DNA from: Andalucia godoyi And28
Taxonomy: Eukaryota > Protista > Jakobida
NCBI GenBank assembly: GCA_009859145.1
Contig: VRVR01000023.1
Coordinates: forward strand, 205,319-269,318
DNA: 64,000 bases
Direction of reading: 5' to 3'
Part shown: positions 40,651 to 52,900 of the stretch, piece by piece
Numbering within the stretch: position 1 is the first letter of the stretch
How the letters are laid out: each line of letters opens with the position of its first letter
Notes under the pieces: generated by a model
The model's input: only the letters and a program-made list of their open reading frames with translations
What the model was told of the DNA's origin: nothing
Databases searched by the model: none
Position numbers and translations under genes: made by a program

Positions 40651-40699
40651 ATTTTTATTATTATTATTATTATCTAAAATAAAAATTACAAGGTGTGAA

Positions 40700-42269
40700 C
40701 TACGAATGCGACAACGAAGACGGCTTCGAGCGCAGGGCGACTTCAGAGTAGCGGAGTCGTTCCTCCTCGGCCATAACGAGGAGTTTTTTGAACAGCTCCT
40801 CCGCTCCGTCGGCACGCTGGATGCAGACACAGCTGACCTTGACCGCTCGTTCGGGTCTTCCCATGCATCTCCCGAGCCGACGCAGCGACAAGGCAAACAC
40901 GACGGGTATGGAGCGAAGTCGGCATGCGGAGAGTATCTCGTGGATCTTGACATCGAGCGCGTCGTACGCCGGAAGATCCGGAACCAGTATCACACACTTG
41001 CAGAGTCCTGCCTTCACCTTCTGCAGCGTCTCCCGCAGTCCAATCACATATCTTCTTCTCGTGCGGGCCTTGAAGGGATTGTTCAATGTCCGCTTTTGGA
41101 ACCGCACAAGCTCCGAAAGCAAGTTGGACGCAATCGCATTCAGCTTCTCGGATACCATCTGAGACATAAACGATCGGAATTTCTTCGACAGAACCTGGTT
41201 ACCGGGTGTCGAAACCAGCCTTTCTTGCTCCAGCAACTGGTCGGCCTTGTATGTAAAAAAGTCCTTTCCAAACGCTGTTTCGAGAACTCCGCGGACAATG
41301 CTTTCGCACATTGCTAGCGTCCGTTGCTGCTTGTGCTCGGCCTTGATGGCTAATTTCAATCGAGAAAACTTCTTTTTCTTCCGTCTCTCCTTTCCTCTCA
41401 AACCTGCAGACCTTGCAACCACAACGTTCCTGCGTAACTTGGGAACTACTGGCTGCGAACGGATGCTGAATGGGGTTCCAAGCTTCAGCACAAACGCCTC
41501 CTTTGGTTTTCCAGGATGAATCGTGTTCTCCTTCTTTGCTGCACTCGACTTGGATGAAGAACCGCTGGACACTTGCACGCCCTTCAAGCCATCTGCACCG
41601 TGTGCCACCGGCTTCAAACGCAGTGATTTGGACCATGAACTCGAGACTGGAGGATGTGTCTGCACATCATTGCTTCGACTTGGTCCTGCGACCGTGGACA
41701 CAGCACTTACAGCTGCAGTGGAAGACGCAGCAGAAGGCAACGCAGCGTTCGAAGTCGGCATACTACTCGATTTACCGTGCTGTGCAATCTGTGCCCATGA
41801 TATGTTACTTGCTGCCGATGACGATGACGATGACGAAGACGATGACGATGACGATGACGAAGCTGAAGCAGCGGGCAGCGCGACACTCGATTTGTCGGAG
41901 CGCTCACCCTTTTTTAGAATTTGGGGGATTTTGGGCGGATTCAAGTCCCCTGCAAGTAGTCTTGTTTCCGTTTTTCGTGTCACATTCGCTACATTTACAG
42001 CGCGAGAAGCACTTGAATGTGGTGGTCTTGTAGGATGCTCTGGGACTGTGTGACTTGATGACGCAGCAGCTGGCTCGAATGGCTTTGCAGCCAAATTGAA
42101 TTGAAACTATAACGAAACAGAGAAATGACAGAAAACCCAAATACTCGTGATTAAGCACCGTATTATCATCATCATTACTGTTATTAGTAGAGTGTTCGCG
42201 TGATGCAAAAAAGATTGTGTCTACGTCTATGCCAGAATCCGAGAAAACTATCAAACATACTCTACTCAT
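40700..42269 (-). CDS. SECISBP2: SECIS-binding protein 2 (L7Ae domain); join(42269-42261, 42106-40700)
   Basis: FRSFMSQMVSEKLNAIASNLLSELVRFQKR...KARTRRRYVIGLRE...KCVIL...IPVVFALSLRRLGR...GAEELFKKL matches the SBP2 SID plus L7Ae core, and KKKFSRLKLAIKAE is the K-rich motif. A predicted intron at 42260-42107 (GTATGT...TATAG) joins MSR to FQFNLAAKPFEP in frame. Confidence 0.88.
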
Positions 42270-42597
42270 ATCATCAGCGTTCACACCACGCACAAACCCT
42301 CGAGTGCAGACTGAACGGGCGCAAAAGACGGCGTGGCTTTTTTCTTTCTTTTTTCAACGCATTTCATTTCCACTTCTCGTATGCACAGTCAGTCGGAAAA
42401 CTCGGGGTCTTCCTGAGATGTCGTCACTTCGCAAACGAAAAGAAAAAACCCACACACAAGCAAAAGCACTCGAAAAAAAAAAGACCGTAGTCAGACTGGC
42501 AAAGCCTTTTCCCCTTCTCGCCTTTTTTTCCTCCAACAAACACATTGCAGCGCTTCGTGATAAAGCCGGCTTCGTCTTTTTCTTCTGTTGTTCTTTC

Positions 42598-42682
42598 ATC
42601 ATTATCATTACAATTATTATTATTATTATTATTATCGTCATCATTACTATTATCATTACTGTTACCATTATTGTTGTTATTG
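42598..42682. repeat. Imperfect (ATT)n tract in the divergent SECISBP2/TNPO1 spacer
   Basis: Directly visible. Confidence 0.88.
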
Positions 42683-42737
42683 TATATCGTGGTGTTTTTT
42701 TTTTGTTTTTTTTTTGGGCTGGGGAATTTTCTCGGAA

Positions 42738-45584
42738 ATGAGTCAATGGCAGCCGAACCCGACTGTAGCATCTGAGATTTTGACGTGTTTGCAGCACACG
42801 CTTGTTGGAGACAATCAGATTCGTAAACAAGCCGAGGCGCAGCTGGAGAGACTGTCTACCCAGTTGGCAGATCTGTCGAACTATCTTGTGTTTTTCCTTA
42901 CGAATCGAGGACACGCGCACTCGGATGAATCTGTGCGGTCTGCTGCGGGACTTATGCTTAAGAACCATGTTCTGCATGAGATTGCAGCAGGGACGCTTGT
43001 TCCTGCTGTTCTTTCGCATGTCCAGTTGTCTCTTTTTGCACATCTGAACGACCCCTCCGCACACATTCGATCAATTATTGCATCGATCATTGCATCCATT
43101 GTGAGACCGTCTACCCAGTTCGAGAGCTGGCCGTCCTTCTTGGAGTCTGTTGCACAGGTTTTCCAGAGCCCGGATGCAAACTTGGTGGAAGGCGCGTCAG
43201 AAGTGATCAGCATGGTGTGTGAAGACAATCCACGCAAGGTGAAGGATGCGCCTGGAAATCCTCTGAACTTCTTTGTTCCGGCGTGGATCCACTTCGCAGT
43301 GCACGGGGCATCGGATCGCACAAAGGTCAATTGCTTGTCATGCTTGCAAACATTTATTGTCAGCCCTCCGGCCGTCTTGAAGGAAAAGATGGGCGATGTG
43401 GTTTCGGCCCTCGGACAGCTCCTTCAGTCCAGAAACCCAGACATTCTTGTACTGGTGATTCGCTGTTTCATTTTCTTGTGCAACTACCCGCAGTATCTTG
43501 GACCGGTGTTGCCGCAAGTGGTTGACTTTATGCTGTTTAGTTGCAGATCCGACGACGAAAACGTTGGCATGATTGCATCAGAGTTCTTTGGCGCGCTTTC
43601 GGATGTACAGTCTGCTCGGCCTGTGCTGCTGGCGAAGATGCCGCAAATTGTTCCTGTTTTGCTGAGCAACATGAAGTATTCTGACATGGAACTTGCTCTC
43701 CAAGGCGGCGAGGACGTCGATTCGTCTGCAGCGCCTGATCGACCGGATGAAATCAACCCTCGTTCCTACATGCATCTCGCGGTATCGCGCGCGCAGCAGG
43801 AACTTTCAGGCAGTGCGCAGACCGTGAAATCAAAAAAGCCGACGGAGTCTGGCAGACCCGAGGGGGCAGACCAGGAGGATGATGATGATTTTGAGGATGA
43901 CGATGACGACAACGGCGACGATGCAGAAGATGCCGAGTCTGCAAACACAGTGCGTCGATCTGCCGCTGCGTCGCTGGATTCGCTGGCTGCGTGCTACCCG
44001 GATGAGTTGTTGCCAGTCATGATGGAACACGTGCAAAGAGGCCTTCAGAATCCAGACTGGCTTGTGCGTGAAGCTTGCATTCTCGCCATTGGTGCCGTTG
44101 CAGACGGCTGCTACGAGCTGATGGAGCCGTCCCTGTCTACCATGTTCCCGTTCTTGTGGCAGAATGCATCCCAAGGCAACCCGCCGATTCAGCGGATTGC
44201 TTGCTGGACTCTGGGCAAGTACATTCGATTCGCGGTCTCGGACAATGCGCACGTGCAGCAGTTTTACGCAAAGTCTCTCGAATTGATGCTGTCCTTGGTA
44301 TTGCATGTGGACAAACGCGTGCAAAAAGCGGCGTGTTCTGCAATTTGGTCGTTTTGCGAGGAAGCCCCTGCCACCGTGACTGTTGCATATGTTGAACCCA
44401 TCGTGCAGACATTTATTGAAGCACTGAAGAGGTATCAGCACAAGAACATGATTAATCTGCTGGATGCTGTTTCCACTCTTGTGGAGACCACACCAGGAGT
44501 TTTCGCGAAGACCAAGCCCGCAGTGTACCAAGCGCTTGCAGAACCAATTTTGGCAATGTTCGGCAACATTGTTCCCTCAGCAATCATTGATGATCCCATC
44601 ACCGTTCCCATTTTGGAAGCCATGTCCGCAATTGTTCATTATTCTGAAGATGTCTTGTTAGTCATGGCAGACCGCATCGTCGACCACTCCTTGCAGCTGT
44701 TCAATTATGCGTTTACGCTGGCGCGATCTTCATGGGATGAGGAAGACTACTTTGCATACGACCGTTGTCAGGATACGATTTCGTGTTGTTTGGACATTCT
44801 GTGCGCCTTCTGCGAAGCGCTAGGCCCATCGGTTGAGAATCTCTTGCAAAACCCGGAAAAGGTGAACTTGATTTGGCAGATGATCTCCGCTGCCATCAAG
44901 GAGGGCACGGACGACGTCCGCCGATCGGCCATTGGGCTGCTCGGTGACTTTGCACGTACAGCATATGGCAGGATTGCGCATCTCATTCCTCATATTCTTC
45001 AGTTGTGTGTGGAAACGTACGAAGCCTGCCAGGGACACCTGGAGGACTCGGATGTTTCCAAAGTTGTGAACAACATTCTGTGGTCCGCTGGTGAAATTGC
45101 CTTGAAGACTCCGGCCCAGACCACTGCTGTTTTTGTCCCTCATTTGCTTTCCATAGCAAAGGATGCTCTTCTCTCGGATGCTTCATCGACCTCACTCCGG
45201 GAGTCTGCTGCGGTGTGTGTGTCCCGACTTGCGCTGAGCGGTCTCGCCGACATGGTTGCCTCGTCTGCCACCACGGTGTCATTTATGAAGGATTGGTTTG
45301 TGACAATGAGAAGCATGTACTCAAACGATGAGAAGCACCATGGAATGTTGGGCATGGCCCGGATTCTCCACGTTCGCATCCAGTTGGTGGAGTCGTGTGT
45401 CATGCAGCTCTTCTGGTGCCTGGCTTCGTATTCGAAGGAGTCTTCTCCCGAAGTGATTGCAGAGTGGGCCAGTATTTTCCAAACTATCAAACAAATGGTG
45501 CCTCCTCCGATGTACGCGGATCTCATCTCCAAGGTCGGAGCCTCGGAAGTGCAGTCTCTGCGCCAAGTCTTCCCTCAAGTCTAG
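42738..45584 (+). CDS. TNPO1: Transportin-1 / karyopherin beta-2
   Basis: MSQWQP start, RSAAGLMLKN, and the acidic H8 loop (APDRPDEINP...DDDDD..NTVRRSAAASLDSLA). Also WLVREACILAIGAVADGC, RIACWTLGKY, NLLDAVSTL and ALIGLLGD-type HEAT motifs. Confidence 0.93.
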   Translation: MSQWQPNPTVASEILTCLQHTLVGDNQIRKQAEAQLERLSTQLADLSNYLVFFLTNRGHAHSDESVRSAAGLMLKNHVLHEIAAGTLVPAVLSHVQLSLFAHLNDPSAHIRSIIASIIASIVRPSTQFESWPSFLESVAQVFQSPDANLVEGASEVISMVCEDNPRKVKDAPGNPLNFFVPAWIHFAVHGASDRTKVNCLSCLQTFIVSPPAVLKEKMGDVVSALGQLLQSRNPDILVLVIRCFIFLCNYPQYLGPVLPQVVDFMLFSCRSDDENVGMIASEFFGALSDVQSARPVLLAKMPQIVPVLLSNMKYSDMELALQGGEDVDSSAAPDRPDEINPRSYMHLAVSRAQQELSGSAQTVKSKKPTESGRPEGADQEDDDDFEDDDDDNGDDAEDAESANTVRRSAAASLDSLAACYPDELLPVMMEHVQRGLQNPDWLVREACILAIGAVADGCYELMEPSLSTMFPFLWQNASQGNPPIQRIACWTLGKYIRFAVSDNAHVQQFYAKSLELMLSLVLHVDKRVQKAACSAIWSFCEEAPATVTVAYVEPIVQTFIEALKRYQHKNMINLLDAVSTLVETTPGVFAKTKPAVYQALAEPILAMFGNIVPSAIIDDPITVPILEAMSAIVHYSEDVLLVMADRIVDHSLQLFNYAFTLARSSWDEEDYFAYDRCQDTISCCLDILCAFCEALGPSVENLLQNPEKVNLIWQMISAAIKEGTDDVRRSAIGLLGDFARTAYGRIAHLIPHILQLCVETYEACQGHLEDSDVSKVVNNILWSAGEIALKTPAQTTAVFVPHLLSIAKDALLSDASSTSLRESAAVCVSRLALSGLADMVASSATTVSFMKDWFVTMRSMYSNDEKHHGMLGMARILHVRIQLVESCVMQLFWCLASYSKESSPEVIAEWASIFQTIKQMVPPPMYADLISKVGASEVQSLRQVFPQV

Positions 45585-46033
45585 TGTGTGCATCATGTCG
45601 TATTTCTCAAACACGCACGGTAAATATTTCCACGTACACACACACACAAACCCTCCCCAAAAAATAATAATAATAATTTTAATAATTTTAATAAATAAAA
45701 AAAAGAGAAAGAAAAACAGAATGTTCTCCAAAATAGACTAGTGCGCTGCTGCAGTGTCGCCTACATTGTCCACCGATGATGCATAATCAATGCTGCAGTC
45801 CCGAATAGAGGGGTAGGGTCCAACGCGTCTTTCGACGTACTTCGGATGCTGGTGGCCAAGCCTCGTTGTATCTCTTTTCGACATTATCACTGTACAAAGC
45901 AGACGTTTATGCATGGATTTTGGAAATGTCAATATTTGTTAGCAGTATCTATCATACATTTTCCCCTCCTTCTCTTTCTTTTTTTGATTGTCCGGAAGGG
46001 GAGGGAGTGCACGGCTCTCAAACTTGCAGTTGG

Positions 46034-47128
46034 CTACCCCGGAGTAAGAGTTGAATTGAGACACGGACAGGGATTCGCAGTTATGTTTGTGAACAGAAAT
46101 TGATTTCGCGAACGCAAAAGCAGGCGAGACAAGGCCACGGACGACGGGGGAGGCGAGCTGTTTTGGGTGGAGACTCCCCACCCCTGTTTCTTGGTTACTG
46201 CGGACGTGATGCTCAGGAAAGACTGTTTCACGACGACATTGCCTCGGATCTTGATGATGAATCGGTTGCTCGCAATCAAGGAGAGGACCTGATCGGACTG
46301 GTCGAATGCATCAAAGCTCCATTCTGTGGACACCCAACTGGACTGTTGGCTCAGCGCCCCCACGGAGAATGAGGATGTGGTTGCAATGCCTGATGGAAAC
46401 GGATACACGCACACATCCATACACTGCTGCACACCCGAAGTAAGATAAACGTCGAGTGTGCCATCCTGCACTGTGATGCTGTTCAGCCAATTTGGATTGT
46501 ACACTGCCACCTCGGTGACCAATGCAAAGTCGCCCTCTTCCGAGCAATGTTCCGGAATTTCAATGACCCCAACGTGAGCAAACGGAGCTTGAAAGAACCC
46601 GCCATACACCGTCAAGCTCAGCGAAATCAAAAAGAACAAACCTCCAAACACAAAGATGAATGGAATCACCCAAGAGCAGCGGCGCCTTTTCCTGTCCTTG
46701 CCACCACGGTCCTCGAGCGATCCGACCGAGGAGTTGTCGCCGTCTGCATCGCCGTCCAGCACTTCCCGATACGGCTGCGCCTTCAATGCACTTTGTGGGA
46801 CAACCGGGAACGCGGGATTGATAGATCCCGGGAACCGAGATGGCCGGTGCGGAAGCCCAGCCACAGCCTCATTGTGAATCGAGCCCACAGACGAGCTTGA
46901 TGTCAGTCTCGGAGACTCGGGCGGTGCCTGGTATGTCTGTGGAACACTCGAGGACAGCTGCATCGATGATGACGACGACGAAGATGGATACTGGGCAGTC
47001 GAGCCGTATCCTTGCGCGATGGATGTATACGACTGTGACTGAAGCGACGATCGCGACTGCTCTCCAGGGTGCTGAGACGACAAGTACACATAGCCCTCTG
47101 TGTCGCTCTTCTTTCCAGCCCCGCTCAT
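46034..47128 (-). CDS. Single-pass membrane protein with LEA_2-like domain
   Basis: Disordered S/P-rich N-terminus, basic RKRRR followed by a TM helix, then VAVYNPN..ITVQDGTLDVYL, typical of the LEA_2/WHy fold. Confidence 0.65.
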   Translation of the reverse strand: MSGAGKKSDTEGYVYLSSQHPGEQSRSSLQSQSYTSIAQGYGSTAQYPSSSSSSSMQLSSSVPQTYQAPPESPRLTSSSSVGSIHNEAVAGLPHRPSRFPGSINPAFPVVPQSALKAQPYREVLDGDADGDNSSVGSLEDRGGKDRKRRRCSWVIPFIFVFGGLFFLISLSLTVYGGFFQAPFAHVGVIEIPEHCSEEGDFALVTEVAVYNPNWLNSITVQDGTLDVYLTSGVQQCMDVCVYPFPSGIATTSSFSVGALSQQSSWVSTEWSFDAFDQSDQVLSLIASNRFIIKIRGNVVVKQSFLSITSAVTKKQGWGVSTQNSSPPPSSVALSRLLLRSRNQFLFTNITANPCPCLNSTLTPG

Positions 47129-47706
47129 GTCTTCTGTGCCTCTTCCCCCCTCTGGAAAAAACTGAAAAATTCACCACAGACGACGTTCCACACTACAAGA
47201 AACTGCAAAAAAAAGGCACGGAAACCCTCAGCAGACGAGACACGGAAAGGAGGAAGAAGGAAAGGAAGAAAACGCTCGAAGTCGTTGCTGTTTCACATTA
47301 TTTTTGCTGTTTTGCTTTTGTTTTGCTATGTTCTGAATTGGTTTTGTTGTTTGGTTGTGTTTGCTTCAGAGAATGGGGAAAACGGAGAAATTCCCGAAAG
47401 TCGGGAGTTGACTGCGCCCGAAAAGGCAGTCATAGCAGACGGGATTTTTTTTAATTAAATGGCAGATCACGGACATCAACTGTCAACAACCAGCAAGCGC
47501 AGATGTCATCGCTCGTAGTGCTGTTGGGATTGCGGCGTCCAGGGAAAGAGAGATCCCCGTGTGGCAAGCAGTGAGGCGATAGAGATGGCTGGGTGGGCTT
47601 GGGGAGGTTTGAGGGGTTTTGGGCTCTGGCAGTCGTTAGGAGAGAGACGTCTTGTAGAGACTGTGGGCGGGAGCAGGCGAGTATGGATTAGCGAAAGAAA
47701 AAAGAA

Positions 47707-47979
47707 ATGTCAAAGTTTTTTGGAAAGCATTCTGGGATTCAAAAGCAAGTCTTGTCGCTGTACAAGGCTTGCCTGCGAGCTGCACAAGAGAAGATAGACT
47801 CCAAAGACTCGTTTCGGCGCTTTGTGCAGACCGAGTTTCGCAAAGGCTTGGGGATCCCAAGAAACGATTTCCGTACTGTCGAGCACTTGCTGCGGAAAGG
47901 CAAGCGACAACTTGATCTGTACAAGGACAAGAACATCCAGAACTTGCAGTTCGCTACCGTCTCTGCTTCTTCTTCTTCT

Positions 47980-48012
<33 letters not shown>

Positions 48013-48042
48013 CCTCCTCCTCCTTCGACCTCGTCACCGTGA
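47707..48042 (+). CDS. SDHAF1: Succinate dehydrogenase assembly factor 1 (LYR family)
   Basis: HSGIQKQVLSLYKACLRAA...FVQTEFRK...IPRNDFRTVEHLLRKGKRQL. The poly-Ser tail comes from a (TTC)n repeat. Confidence 0.88.
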
Positions 48043-48267
48043 CCTTGTCTGTAGTTTGTGCGGTATGTGATGCATAGACCGGAGGTCTGACTGACTGAAT
48101 GAATGTATACATGCATGCAATATAGACAGCGTCATAAATCAAATCAAATGAGCATCATAAACATGTCTACACTGCCTGTTCTGTTTGTTCAGTTCAGTTC
48201 AGTTCAGTTTTGCTGTTATGTTCTTCATCGTTCATCACTAGTGAATTTTGCGTGGTCTGTTTATCAC

Positions 48268-48795
48268 TTACATTTCTTCTATTTTCGGCTTGCTGGCTCG
48301 CTTCAAACTGCGCTGATTTGATCGTAATGGAGGATCCGCGGGGTAGCTGCTGTTCTTGTGATCCTCCTCCTCCATGGCGTCGTCATCGTCGTCGTTGCTG
48401 CTGCTATCTTCTGAAGATGCGTCCTTGTGTGCCAGAATCTCAAAGAGGGGATTAGACTCGTTTTCAGAACTAAACACTCCCCCAATAATGCTGATTTCCA
48501 CAGATGGCTGTTCACCACCCTCATCCTCACTCTCACTCTCACTTTCGCTTTCACTCTCATCATCGTCATTCACTGCGAACTGATCCTCCAGTTCGTCACT
48601 GTCTTCACCGCTCTCTTCGTTTTCGAACTCTTCATCATCATAGCCGTCGTTCTTGCTGTCGTCTAGATTATGATCCTCGAGATCCGCATCAACGATGCTG
48701 ATCGACTGCGGATCGCTTCCAAGACTGTCATTTGCTGCTTTGATCTGCGGAAGAAAGCTCCTGATTTGGTTCAGAATCGAAGACCCTCCAAGCCC

Positions 48796-48844
<49 letters not shown>

Positions 48845-49000
48845 GGTGGTGGTGGTGGTGGAGCTGGTGATCCAGAAGAAAAGGAAGAGGACGTAGTGGC
48901 GGTAGAGCGGAATTCAGAGAATTGCTGACGAAGCCTGGCCAGCGATTCCTGGCGAACAAAATTCAAGTCGTCAATACTACTCCCACTAGCAATACTACTA

Positions 49001-49047
<47 letters not shown>

Positions 49048-49095
49048 CTTTTTTTCAATATCAAGCAGCTCCGATGATCTCTTTGGCTCCGACAT
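48268..49095 (-). CDS. NOPCHAP1: NOPCHAP1/C12orf45-like (DUF4598) acidic protein
   Basis: SSILNQIRSFLPQIKAANDSL...VEISIIGGVF...KPKIEEM resembles the DUF4598 signature, embedded in poly-S, -Q and -E tracts. Confidence 0.65.
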
Positions 49096-49363
49096 TTCTC
49101 CCCGGTTTCCTCAGTCTTCCAAACGCATACGACAAAAGCAGGATTGAGCGTTGTTTTTTGACAGAAGCGCAGCATATGCGCGGATGAAAAAGAAAAGACT
49201 GCAGATCTACAGCTGTCGACACTACAAAGGCGCGTTCTGTACGACGCCGATTTGTCGTCCACGCAAGTGGTCGTTTTCTGGCAGCGACACGGGACAGGAG
49301 GTTTCCCAGGAGCGAAAGAAAAATAGAAAAGGAAAAAGAGAAAGAAAAAAAGAAGAGTTGGTG

Positions 49364-49855
49364 ATGAGCAATAGAAATGAACTGGTGGATCGAGTGGTGC
49401 GGCACAGACGAGCAGCGCCGTTTATTCCCGGTCGTCCTCGGTTTTCCGTGACGGACATCGCGGAGCCGGTTGTGCATCGCGATGATGAAATGATACGCTA
49501 TTATGCCCGGAAGATGAAACCGGGGTCCTTGGATGCGCGGGCTCCGACTATCAAAGAAGAGCCAATGAAGATGTATTTCTACTATCCAAAGTACGTCGAG
49601 CCCGAAAACGCCGCACAGGTCATTCGAGAACTGCTTAGAACGTGGGAAGAAAACGACGGCATACGCCTGGCATCCGGGGCCTCGTCGCCTCCATCGTCGC
49701 AACCGCAACCGCAACCACAACCACAATCAGAGCAAGAGCACGAACGAGATGAGGTGGTGGAAGTGCCGTCAATTGCAGCCAACGATGCCTCGAAAAAGAA
49801 GACGATTGCGCCGGTATCAGGGGAAAAGGTTGTCTTCAAGCGAATGGTTCCGTAA
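49364..49855 (+). CDS. Hypothetical protein (start could be 49184)
   Basis: ORF with a non-repetitive core (PGRPRFSVTDIAEPVVHRDDEMIRYYARK...MYFYYPKYVEP). An A-rich leader precedes the ATG at 49364, as in neighbouring genes. Confidence 0.6.
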   Translation: MSNRNELVDRVVRHRRAAPFIPGRPRFSVTDIAEPVVHRDDEMIRYYARKMKPGSLDARAPTIKEEPMKMYFYYPKYVEPENAAQVIRELLRTWEENDGIRLASGASSPPSSQPQPQPQPQSEQEHERDEVVEVPSIAANDASKKKTIAPVSGEKVVFKRMVP

Positions 49856-49990
49856 TTAACGCACTTGCGAGAAAGCCTAGCTCCTTACGAGGAAAAAATG
49901 ATGAGGAAGATGAACCCAAGGCAGAGAGACTTGATGGGGGAGTGTGGTGTACCATTAGTGTTGTTCAGTGTTGTTTGATTTTTGTACAAT

Positions 49991-52900
49991 TTAGCATTGG
50001 CGTTGCTGCTGCAGCTCCGAGGTTTCCATCCACTGAAGCAGGTCGAATGCGTTGCGATCTGATCCTGTACTGGACACGGACTCCCATGATGCAGGGGCAT
50101 CTGCAGGAGGTAACCACGTGTGGCGAGCAGCGATCTCGTACAAGGATAGCCAGACGGAACCTGCGTCGATGCGAGCAAGAAGCTTCATGATCTCACGAGC
50201 ATCGCTTTTGTCCAAATGGATCCGGAGAGACACGCAGAGAGAGTACACTCCTGTTCTCAATACGTGAGCAAAAGATGGCGCACGAACGAGGTGCATCACG
50301 AGTGCCAGTGAATCATTCAGTATCCTTTCTGCACTCTCCTTGTCATCCACAATTAGCGGATCTGCGTTTCTCGTTCTCGCCGAAGGGATGATCCGATCAC
50401 CACGCTCGGTAATCGACACAATGTCTCGACGAGTCAGTTGTGATTTGAACTTCGTCGATGCAGAATCCGCGAGGCGACGCTTTCCGGCCATGACGGCCTC
50501 CATCATAGGCAGAATCTCCTTTTGCATGCGACTCGCAAGAAAACCACCGTGATGCTGTACAAGGAACGAAAGAAGGTGAATCGCAGCCTTCTGAACGGGG
50601 AGGGGGGCATCCGCCGACACGCAGCGACAAATGTGGGGCCACAGTTTGTGGAGTCGAGGATTGCACTCTAAAGGGAAAGAAGTGAGAGCAATGCAACACT
50701 TCTGAATCAGCATCATGGTCGACACTCGAAGCGTGATATGCTCCACAACCAACAGATCGGGGACCTTTTCGAGAATCCGGGAAACGAACGCCAGTTCGCG
50801 AGGCACCGGCGCATTCTCATTGAGAACCTCTGCCATCGGATTTCTTTGAACTTCTGCGGGTGTTGGCACGGGCTGGCACTTCTGGTTTGCAAGGAAACAT
50901 TCATGCAATACTTCCACAGCCGTGATCATCATAGAAACACGAGCCACGTTGTGTTGCGGCTCGACGACTGCGACGTCTTCAAGCACCAGTTCCAAAGAGT
51001 CTTGCAAAAACGACATCATCCATTGAAATGACCGCGCTTTCAAGACTGCGCGGAGCGTTCCCTCGAGAACCATGGGTGCCTCGGGATACAACGCAGGATG
51101 CTTCATCTGTCGAGCGAGCGCATCCACAATGAGAGCCATGTGTGAAGACAGTAGCGTCATGGTGGGATCCACCGCAGGCGAGGGCGCTGAGGAGCGAACG
51201 CTAACCGCGATGACGCGAAGCGTTTCAAGAGCAACGGCGCGTACTTTCATGTTTGAATCGCAGATTTTGGCAAGAACTTTGAACAGACAGAGACGAATTG
51301 GCAATCCGAGAAACGACTGCCCACAGGCCCTTGCAAGAGCACAAGTGATGTTGAACACGGACTGCAGAAGGATCTCAAAAGAGCTCTCAGAGAGTGAAAG
51401 TTCCTTGAAGGACTGCACACTGTGGGACATCCATCGAAGGCAGAAGATGTCATCGAACAATACAGAAAGGACGCGCAATGCCGAAACGGCATCCATGCTG
51501 GATCCATCCACAACATAGCGCAAAGCAAGTACGAGGGGGACAAGATGGCTCGTCGTTCTGGAGAGTTTGATATGATCCAAAAGATCGGACACTAAGTGAT
51601 GTCCTGCGTCTTTGGAACCCAGAGATCTGCACAAGCTATTTGCAACGTCCGCAGACAATCCTCGGAGAAATGCGAAAGCGCCGTGGGCTACAGAATCCAA
51701 ACAATAAAGCTGATAAAGAGACTGTCGTATGGTGTCGATTGAGAAGTGCGATATCGCGGGGCCGAGATCCACATACGCAGCAATTGTCTTCAGTTCGGCT
51801 TGCAGAGAAGCATCGTCCACGAAAGACCGCAGGAAGTGCGGCAAGCGCTTGCAACGGTCGTGTACCGTCTGCGCAAGAAAAGAGTTGAGCAAATTTGTGT
51901 CTGAATCGGTAAGCGCGATGCTCTCAAACAGCATGACTGCATTTCCAGAAACATCTGGATCCACATCGAGTCTCCTAAAAAGCACCAATTCCAGCATGCA
52001 CGGAAAGCATGCGGATAAGGAACGGCGGCACTTTGATACAAGAGAGTGAACCATCTCCAACTGAGCTCGTCGTGCTTTTGCACTGCTGAACTCCAGAATG
52101 ACGGACAGAACTGCCGACAGCCCGTCCTGAACATTCCTGCGGCTCGTATCGAACCACTCTGCACTTCGCTTCGGAAACAGGACGATTCGTGCTTGCTCGG
52201 AAAGTGACTGCGAGTCCGTTTCCGAGGGGGGTGCTCGCACAGGTGCGACAGACTCGGGATCGAAAGACAGCTCATGCTTCGCGGCCGCAAGAGATCTCAG
52301 TCGATCCAACACCGCGGCAGCCGACGACCCCCCACCCGCCGTCTCCAAAGGCAGAAGGTCCTTACAGACATCATCCCTAAACACGGAACAGAGCAAAACT
52401 TCCATAATGGAGAAGCAGAGCGCATATACTCTCCCGCCTCTGCTTACACCCTGTCGCAAAGCTTTCACAAGCTTGGAAAACAGGCCCGGTAGATACACCA
52501 ATGGAAAATCCCGAGAGGACGCCCCGAAAATGCAGATGTTCAGTACAACGTTCAGCAGTGCGAGACAGACAGGCTTCGACCTGGTCTCCGCATCAAAAGT
52601 CTCCTGCAGCATCCACATGATATTCGAGATGACAGTCCGAAGCTCAAACGACGCATCAATGGCGCCGGATCGCTGGAGCCTGTCAAAGACCATTGCCAAG
52701 TGATCACACGCGCTGATGACCAGTTCTTCCGAGGACGAGAACGATGGCGCTGTTACTGCTGATGGTGGCAGTGAGGATGAGTCTTCACCTTGCTGAAACG
52801 CCTCCATTGCCGAAGGTGCCAAGTGAGGATACGCTCTCAGCAAGCCGAACTGGCCGATTTTCAGCAGCCGAAGCGCATCATCACCAGCAACAGGCTGGCT

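Noticed and set aside
39307-40684. AAATAAAA at 39307 and 40677 as a target-site duplication of the Fanzor element
   Set aside because: It is a low-complexity word that is common in these spacers and indistinguishable from poly(A)-signal-like sequence.
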